Source of the DNA: Pseudoalteromonas translucida KMM 520
GTDB taxonomy: Bacteria > Pseudomonadota > Gammaproteobacteria > Enterobacterales > Alteromonadaceae
Length of the DNA: 32,000 nucleotides
Reading direction: 5' to 3'
NCBI RefSeq assembly: GCF_001465295.1
Contig: NZ_CP011035.1
Coordinates: 1 to 32,000 of the forward strand
Part shown: positions 26,102 through 32,000 of the stretch, one piece after another
Numbering within the stretch: the first letter of the stretch is position 1
How the letters are laid out: each line of letters starts with the position of its first letter
Notes under the pieces: generated by a model
What the model was told of the DNA's origin: nothing
What the model saw: only the letters and a program-made list of their open reading frames with translations
The model's database searches: none
Program-made: the position numbers and the translations under genes

Positions 26102-26223
26102 CCCCAAATTAAGTAGAAAGTTAAGAGTTAAGTAGACACCCACACTTATTATCAGTATTTGAATAAAGCTGTTCTTAATTAAATAATCACTGATTTTTAA
26201 AGTGGGTGTCTACTTAATTGGGG
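26102..26223. repeat. MITE-like long imperfect inverted repeat
   Basis: Right arm GTGGGTGTCTACTTAATTGGGG (26202-26223) is the reverse complement of the left arm CCCCAA(A)TTAAGTAGA (26102-26117) joined to TTAAGTAGACACCCAC (26128-26143). The left arm carries an internal ~19-nt duplication. An inner pair is ATCAGT (26151-26156)/ACTGAT (26189-26194). Confidence 0.4.
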
Positions 26224-26353
26224 TTTAGTTAGTTGCCGTAGCAGCTAATTTGGGGATGCACTGTAAATGCCCTTTACAGTATAAAAATAAAGCATAGCCA
26301 GTTATTGAGCATCACGTTAATATGGATAAAAATAACACGATAAGAATTATAAA

Positions 26354-26974
26354 ATGTTAAACAAAACCAATGCACTTATTTACTTTTTGGCCTTTAGTAG
26401 CGGCTTTAGTATTATGGGAATTGAGCTGTTAGGTGGGCGTATTTTAGCGCCGTTTTTTGGTAGTAGCGTACATATTTGGGGCAGTATAATTACGGTATTT
26501 ATGCTGAGCCTATCGTTTGGTTACTTACTTGGTGGTAAATTGTCGATTAAGCGCCCTAACCTAGCCAAGTACGGGAGTATTTTTTTACTGGCAAGCATTA
26601 TGGTGTTACCCATTGCGTTATTTGCTAACCCGATAATGGAATTTATTTTTACTCACATTGAAGACAGCCGCTATGGCTCGTTGCTCGCCTCAACGGCATT
26701 ATTTTTTGTTCCTACTATTATATTAGGCATGATCTCTCCTTACTCGGTTCGGCTTTTAGTTACCGACAGCGAACACAGCGGCCAAGTTGCTGGCGGGTTG
26801 TATTTTGTAAGTACCTTGGGCAGCGCATTAGGCACTATTATTACCTCATTTTATATGGTGCTCGCGTTTGACGTAAACGCCATAATAATTGGTTTTGCCT
26901 TAACCTTAGCGGTATTAGGCTTATTAGCCATACTGGTAAATAAACTATTTTTAGCGGAGCGTCGTTATGCATAA
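26354..26974 (+). CDS. Polytopic membrane protein resembling the N-terminal module of fused MFS/spermidine-synthase proteins
   Basis: 206 aa with about 6 hydrophobic segments. Overlaps the next gene by 8 nt (ATGCATAA). Confidence 0.65.
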   Translation: MLNKTNALIYFLAFSSGFSIMGIELLGGRILAPFFGSSVHIWGSIITVFMLSLSFGYLLGGKLSIKRPNLAKYGSIFLLASIMVLPIALFANPIMEFIFTHIEDSRYGSLLASTALFFVPTIILGMISPYSVRLLVTDSEHSGQVAGGLYFVSTLGSALGTIITSFYMVLAFDVNAIIIGFALTLAVLGLLAILVNKLFLAERRYA

Positions 26975-27875
26975 AAGCAATTTTCACATGGTTTTATATA
27001 TGCTTATGCTACTTAGCTTGTTGTTTTCAAACTTTAGTGTGGCTAAAGCAATTCATAGCGAGCGCTCGCTTTATCGTAATATATTAGTGGAAGAAACCGG
27101 TAATTTACGTTGTTTAAAGTTTGATGAAAAATCTAGCCAAAGTAGTCAAAGTTGTATGTATATTAACGAACCAAAAAAGTTAGTTTTTAATTACACTAAA
27201 TTGGTGTTTTCAAGTTTGTTGCTAATAGAAGATCCTAAAAAAGTACTTATTATTGGTTTAGGCGGCGGGACTTTATCTAACACTATTTCAGAGCTTTACC
27301 CTAAGGCAATAATCGAAAACATTGAAATAGATCCTGCGGTAATTAAAGTAGCTCGCGATTACTTTTATTTTAAAGAAAGCGCTAAGGTAACGGCAAAAGT
27401 ACAAGACGGTCGTATTTTTATAAAGCGTGCGGCGCTTAAAAAGCAGCAGTTTGATTGGATAATTTTAGATGCATTTAATGGCGACTACATTCCTGAGCAT
27501 TTACTAACTAAGGAGTTTTTTGAAGAGTTAAAAAGTGTGCTTGCAAGTGACGGCGTTATTGCGGCCAATACGTTTTCATCGAGTAAACTGTACGAGCACG
27601 AGTCGGCCACTTATTACGCTGTTTTTGGCGACTTTATTAACGTTAGCCGAAAAAACCACAGTAATCGTATTATTTTAGCTGGCAATAAAAATACCCTTAC
27701 CCAAGCGCATATTAATAAACGCGTAAATGAGTTAACCCCGCTGTTATTGCCATACGGTGTAAATATTAAAGCTATTAGCCAAATGCTGCACTTTACAAAA
27801 AATAATCACGATTGGCCTGAAAATACAAAAGTTCTTACTGATCAATACTCCCCTGCTAACCTACTCAACTTTTAG
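26967..27875 (+). CDS. Spermidine-synthase-like class I methyltransferase-fold protein with an N-terminal signal/anchor
   Basis: 302 aa. Glycine-rich nucleotide-binding loop VLIIGLGGGTL. IENIEIDP and ILDAFNGDYIPEHL motifs, as in the spermine/spermidine synthase family. N-terminal hydrophobic MVLYMLMLLSLLFSNFSVAKA. Confidence 0.75.
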   Translation: MHKSNFHMVLYMLMLLSLLFSNFSVAKAIHSERSLYRNILVEETGNLRCLKFDEKSSQSSQSCMYINEPKKLVFNYTKLVFSSLLLIEDPKKVLIIGLGGGTLSNTISELYPKAIIENIEIDPAVIKVARDYFYFKESAKVTAKVQDGRIFIKRAALKKQQFDWIILDAFNGDYIPEHLLTKEFFEELKSVLASDGVIAANTFSSSKLYEHESATYYAVFGDFINVSRKNHSNRIILAGNKNTLTQAHINKRVNELTPLLLPYGVNIKAISQMLHFTKNNHDWPENTKVLTDQYSPANLLNF

Positions 27876-28050
27876 CCTAGGCGTGTTTGGTATTATGTGT
27901 GGTTATTGCCTTTTTATGGGAATAACCACACTACATAGGCTCTGCCTTACCTAAAACCAAATATAACGCTGCAAATTAAACCTTAAAAAGATCAGCTACC
28001 CCTAGTGTTTTAGCGACTAAACCTTTACTAAATCCTAGCTAAATATTTAC

Positions 28051-28089
28051 TTAGCATGCTAACTAATGGTAAAGTGCTTAGCATGCTAA
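28051..28089. promoter_or_regulatory. Two copies of the perfect 12-bp palindrome TTAGCATGCTAA; candidate MarR operator
   Basis: Copies at 28051-28062 and 28078-28089, 27 bp centre to centre, ending 17 nt upstream of the marR ATG. Confidence 0.55.
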
Positions 28090-28105
28090 GTAGTTAGAGG
28101 TTGAA

Positions 28106-28597
28106 ATGTCTAAACCAGTTCCTTTTCATGAAACACTCGATTTAACCTTGTGTGGCAGTATGGGTCGAGTGCATAGGTTATGCCGAGAAGTTGTTACAGT
28201 TGCCGTTGAGCCGCTAGGTTTAACTCAGTCGCGTTGGATTGCTTTGGTGCATATAAATATGCTTAAAGAAGGAGTAACTCAACAAGCCTTGGCGCATAGT
28301 TTAGGCATTGAAATGCCGTCGCTTACGCGCACGCTTAAGCAACTCGAAGAGCTTACTCTTATTACCCGTCAAGTTGATAAGCACGATAAGCGCAGTAAAA
28401 AAATTTATTTTACAGAGCAAGGCCGCAATATATTACAGGCGGTAGAGGCACAGATCACTGATATTAAAAATCAGCTTTATAATGGACTAAACGATGAGCA
28501 GCTTGATTTAATGGCTCATGGTTTAATTAAAATGGAAGACAACGCAAAAAATTATATTAAATATCACAGTTCTAATAAGGCTAACAATGACACCTGA
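28106..28597 (+). CDS. MarR-family transcriptional regulator
   Basis: 163 aa. wHTH GVTQQALAHSLGIEMPSLTRTLKQLEELTLITR followed by the wing DKHDKRSKKIYFT. Confidence 0.9.
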   Translation: MSKPVPFHETLDLTLCGSMGRVHRLCREVVTVAVEPLGLTQSRWIALVHINMLKEGVTQQALAHSLGIEMPSLTRTLKQLEELTLITRQVDKHDKRSKKIYFTEQGRNILQAVEAQITDIKNQLYNGLNDEQLDLMAHGLIKMEDNAKNYIKYHSSNKANNDT

Positions 28598-29654
28598 TCA
28601 AAAATTTGCGCGCTATGTGAGGCTTTCACTCGTTGGATTTATTTTAGTATTTTTATACTATGTTATAGCCGATATTTGGCTGCCAGTAACGCCACAAGCG
28701 CGTGTTTACCACCCAGTAGTACAAATTTCACCGCAAATAAGTGGCCGTGTTACTAAGGTGTTAGTTAGCAATAACCAACCGGTAAAGGCTGGTGATATAT
28801 TGTTTGAAATTGATCAAAGCACTTACTTACTGGCTGTTGAGCAAGCTAAATTAACCCTCGATGATGCCAAATTACAAAACAAACGCCTTGATACGAATGT
28901 TAAAGCGCTTGAGGCACAAATTAGTGCAGCTAAAGCAAAACAACATGAGCAAAGCTTATTAAAAAGTAGAGGCGAAAAGCTCTATAAACAAAACTCTATA
29001 TCGGAACAAGAGCTGGAGAGTATTCGGGCTAACTTTGCTGCAAGTAAATCAAACGTAGCGGCTTTTGAAGCGCAATTAGCTGAAGCTGTTTTAGCGCGTG
29101 GCACATCGGGGGAGGATAACTTAGCGCTGCGCCATGGAGCGAATCAGTTAGCGCAAGCTGAGCTTAACTTATCGTACACACAAGTTCGCGCTTTAAGCGA
29201 TGGTGTGGTTGCTAACTTGCAATTACTTGACGGTGCTTATGCCCTTAGTGGCCAACCTTTGTTAGCTATTGTGGCTAAAAAGGCTGATTTAGTAGCCGAC
29301 TTTCGTGAAAAATCATTGCTTAATATGCACCCAGGTAGTTTAGCAAAAGTGGTTTTTGATAGCCGCCCCGGTGAAGTGTACGATGCAAAAATTAGTACCT
29401 TTGAAGCGGGTGTAAGCGATGGCCAATTAAGTGCCAATGGCTTGCTAAGCACTACCGAAACCAGTAACCGTTGGGTACGCGACGCACAGCGCCAACGTAT
29501 TCATTTACAGTTATTAAAAAACGATCAAGCGCTAATTACTAATATGCCTAGTGGCGCGCGTGCTACGGTGCAACTACTTCCTGAGTCAAAACTTGGACAA
29601 TGGTTAGGCGCAGCACAAATACGCTTTATTAGCTGGTTACATTATATTTATTAG
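28587..29654 (+). CDS. HlyD-family membrane-fusion/adaptor protein (AaeA-like)
   Basis: 355 aa. N-terminal anchor, lipoyl-like GRVTKVLVSNNQPVKAGDILFEID, coiled coil, then beta-barrel VRALSDGVVANL. Overlaps marR by 11 nt. Confidence 0.9.
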   Translation: MTPDQKFARYVRLSLVGFILVFLYYVIADIWLPVTPQARVYHPVVQISPQISGRVTKVLVSNNQPVKAGDILFEIDQSTYLLAVEQAKLTLDDAKLQNKRLDTNVKALEAQISAAKAKQHEQSLLKSRGEKLYKQNSISEQELESIRANFAASKSNVAAFEAQLAEAVLARGTSGEDNLALRHGANQLAQAELNLSYTQVRALSDGVVANLQLLDGAYALSGQPLLAIVAKKADLVADFREKSLLNMHPGSLAKVVFDSRPGEVYDAKISTFEAGVSDGQLSANGLLSTTETSNRWVRDAQRQRIHLQLLKNDQALITNMPSGARATVQLLPESKLGQWLGAAQIRFISWLHYIY

Positions 29655-29664
29655 TGGGGGCAAA

Positions 29665-30714
29665 ATGAGTCAAAAAATTAGCCAGTCTCCACAACTTGAT
29701 TCAAACGGCCTACGCCAAGCACTGCGTATTGCCGGCGGGTGCACGTTAGGGTTTGCTATTAGTAAATTAATGGACTGGCCAAATGGGATTTTTTTTACCG
29801 TTTACCCCATGTTGCTATTAGGCTTAGTGCCAACATTAAATAAATCTGTGGTTAGGCAGTTTTTTGCCAGTGCCGCATTTAGTGCGTTTGTTGTGCTTAT
29901 ATTACAGGGGTTATTTTCGCACTTGCCGGTGCTTATGGTACTGATTGTATTTGCCTGTTTTTGTATTTTATTTTACCAAATGAGTAGCGGAAGTGGCTTT
30001 TTGTTTGGTGCCTTAGGTGCGGTTAGTTTATCGATTCAATTACACTTTGCCAGCTACGTAACCAGTAGTAGCAGTATTTATCCGCTTATTTTAAGTAACG
30101 GTATAGCCATTATTTTAACTGTAGTAATTGCAGCATTAATGCATGGTTTATTCCCCGATGTTACTGCGCGCCCTGGGCGTGCAGTGCCAACAAAAGATAA
30201 AGCAAGTATTCGCCACGAAGTGCTGTTGTGCTCAAGCGTGGCTACGTTATCGTTTATTGTTTTTCAGGTACTGGATTTACAAGACTCTATTTCGGCGCAG
30301 GCGGCATCTATTTTAATTTTATTTTCGTTGTGTTGGAAAGCCGCAGGCATAGCCAGTTGGCAGCGTATAATTGGCACGCTTATAGGCTGTAATGCCGCGC
30401 TTTTGTCGCAGTTGTTTTTATACACTCATACCGACTTTTTACTGTTTCCTGTTATTGTGTTGTGGATTTTATCGTTTATATTTAGTCGTTTTCATATTTT
30501 AGGTGGAGGGCCGCCGGGCATTGGCTTTGGTGTTTTAACCACGTTTGGTATTTTATTTGGGCAGTCGTTAGCCCCTGGGCAAGACTTGATTTACAGTGCG
30601 TTGTATAGGTTTAGCTCTGTAACAGTGGCTGTTGTGGTTAGCTTAAGTGCGGTATATGTAATGCACAGAGTATTAAATAAATTTAATACTACACGCCATC
30701 ATACCTACGATTAG
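29665..30714 (+). CDS. FUSC/AaeB-like inner-membrane efflux component (DUF2955-type, tentative)
   Basis: 349-aa polytopic membrane protein in the typical marR-hlyD-membrane protein arrangement. Family named from memory of that gene context, not from a motif. Confidence 0.55.
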   Translation: MSQKISQSPQLDSNGLRQALRIAGGCTLGFAISKLMDWPNGIFFTVYPMLLLGLVPTLNKSVVRQFFASAAFSAFVVLILQGLFSHLPVLMVLIVFACFCILFYQMSSGSGFLFGALGAVSLSIQLHFASYVTSSSSIYPLILSNGIAIILTVVIAALMHGLFPDVTARPGRAVPTKDKASIRHEVLLCSSVATLSFIVFQVLDLQDSISAQAASILILFSLCWKAAGIASWQRIIGTLIGCNAALLSQLFLYTHTDFLLFPVIVLWILSFIFSRFHILGGGPPGIGFGVLTTFGILFGQSLAPGQDLIYSALYRFSSVTVAVVVSLSAVYVMHRVLNKFNTTRHHTYD

Positions 30715-30739
30715 CGATTAGCGATTAGCGATTAGCGAT
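30709..30739. repeat. Heptanucleotide microsatellite (GATTAGC) x4.4
   Basis: GATTAGC at 30709, 30716, 30723 and 30730, plus GAT. The first unit contains the stop codon TAG (30712-30714) of the preceding gene. Confidence 0.9.
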
Positions 30740-30740
30740 A

Positions 30741-30772
30741 AAAAAGGCTGCATTTTATTTGCAGCCTTTTTT
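30741..30772. terminator. Bidirectional intrinsic terminator between the efflux gene and arfB
   Basis: AAAAAGGCTGCA-TTTTATT-TGCAGCCTTTTTT. Confidence 0.8.
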
Positions 30773-30797
30773 ATGTATTAGCTAAATATATATTTGT

Positions 30798-31211
30798 CTA
30801 AAGCTTAATATTGCCGCGTAATGCTTTGGTTTGGCCGTGTTTGGTTTTTTTATCCATGCGTTTACGCTGCGAATTACGGCTAGGTTTAGTGGCTCTGCGG
30901 GCTTTATTTACTTTAGTGGCGTTAATAATTAGATCTTTTAAGCGTTTAAATGCATCTTCGCGATTAAGCTCTTGCGTGCGGTGGCTTTGCGCTTTTATTA
31001 TTAATACGCCGTCTTTGGTTATGCGGCTATCGTTTAGTGCAAGTAAGCGTTCTTTATAAAAGTCGGGTAATTTAGAGCGGTTAATATCAAAACGAAGATG
31101 AATAGCGCTGGCTACTTTATTAACGTTTTGTCCACCGGCACCTTGCGAGCGAACTGCGGTTAATTCGACTTCCCATTCATCAATGGTCACGGTATTTGAA
31201 ATAGTTAACAT
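30798..31211 (-). CDS. arfB: Alternative ribosome-rescue factor ArfB (YaeJ), peptidyl-tRNA hydrolase
   Basis: 137 aa. GGQ motif in SQGAGGQNVNKV and a basic C-terminal tail KARRATKPSRNSQRKRMDKKTKHGQTK. Confidence 0.9.
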   Translation of the reverse strand: MLTISNTVTIDEWEVELTAVRSQGAGGQNVNKVASAIHLRFDINRSKLPDFYKERLLALNDSRITKDGVLIIKAQSHRTQELNREDAFKRLKDLIINATKVNKARRATKPSRNSQRKRMDKKTKHGQTKALRGNIKL

Positions 31212-31391
31212 TATACTCAGCTAGTTTTTATAAAAACCTAGTATACCATTTGTGATTAACTATACCCAAATCAAGGTAAGCAGCTATTAATTGGCGTAAA
31301 TTTAACCCGTAACGGTTAACCCGCCCTTTAGGTTGTAACCTAAAGGCGCGGGAGTATATACTCAGTTATCTTGTGTTTATTATAGTGTTTT

Positions 31392-32000
31392 ATGTCTTTA
31401 TCTACTTTTGCCCCAGTAACCACGATTGATGATCAAAAAAAGCTTTGTGTTTTATTAAGTTTACTTTTAAGTTCTTCATCTTACAGCTATCAAAATTCGC
31501 CTCAGCTGTTTTCTAAACTGCTATTTAATCATTTTATAAACGGGTATTCGTTTTCACACGCCGAAGTAAAAAAAATAACCCGCGAGTTAGAAGAACAATC
31601 ACTGGTTTGGGAGCAACCGTTTAGGCAAAATCATAAACTTTCTATCGATGCCATCGTATATGCAATTGTAAGTTTGTTAGAGTACTGCCCTGGCTTAATT
31701 AAAAACTTTTTAACGCAAATAACCACTATATACCGCTTTAACGACAGTGCTTTAATGTTTATGTTTGAGCTATTTAATAGCATTGAAAAAAGTGAAGGCT
31801 CGCCGTTAGCGTCATCTGCAGAGCCTGAAATTGATCATCACTTTATTAATTTACTAGCACAATCAAAATACAGTAAGCAGCTGTGGTTAGCTTTACCCGC
31901 GCAGTGGCAACAAATATGTTTAGAGCATTTTATTCGCGGTGAATTTTTTAATCTAACTGCTGAGCATTCATGGCCATCAATAGTACAAAGTACCGCAACC
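31392..32000 (+). CDS. Hypothetical protein, 5'-complete, truncated by the window end
   Basis: My own translation from ATG 31392 (MSLSTFAPVTTIDDQKKLCVLL...) stays open for all 203 codons to position 32000. It is absent from the track, presumably because no stop is reached. No family recognised. Confidence 0.5.
   Translation, partial: MSLSTFAPVTTIDDQKKLCVLLSLLLSSSSYSYQNSPQLFSKLLFNHFINGYSFSHAEVKKITRELEEQSLVWEQPFRQNHKLSIDAIVYAIVSLLEYCPGLIKNFLTQITTIYRFNDSALMFMFELFNSIEKSEGSPLASSAEPEIDHHFINLLAQSKYSKQLWLALPAQWQQICLEHFIRGEFFNLTAEHSWPSIVQSTAT

Noticed and set aside
31302-31346. Direct octamers TTAACCCG (31302 and 31316) and the hairpin CCTTTAGGTT/AACCTAAAGG in the arfB / unknown-ORF divergent region
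   Set aside because: There is no T-run and no recognisable family. It is a plausible operator or 5'-UTR structure, but the evidence is too thin to call.

Overview
AT-rich gammaproteobacterial window. Gene content and style resemble a Pseudoalteromonas/Alteromonadales secondary chromosome or megaplasmid, but the taxon is inference only. Contents in order: (1) a type-Ia parA-parB partition operon, followed by a helically phased array of GATC-bearing 17-mers. (2) A SWIM/SNF2 helicase. (3) A tandem array of five ~190-bp units, each looking like a complete small-RNA gene with a sigmaE/ECF-type promoter, covarying hairpins and an intrinsic terminator. (4) rmuC and a DPP-IV-type S9 peptidase. (5) A complete copper-resistance island (copA-B-C-D, an NTF2-like gene, copG, and divergent copRS) bracketed by ~50-nt direct repeats. 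(6) A low-GC three-gene cassette: a HEPN-motif protein, a single-TM protein and a YfbU-family protein. I consider this the best candidate for an undescribed defence or toxin-type module. (7) A permease, MYG1, a GyrI-like protein, LysR, a VOC protein, a split membrane plus spermidine-synthase-like pair, a marR-hlyD-FUSC-like efflux operon, arfB, and a 5'-complete ORF running off the window. I saw no rRNA, tRNA, CRISPR array, transposase or integrase. All functional calls come from motif recognition by eye; no database search was possible.
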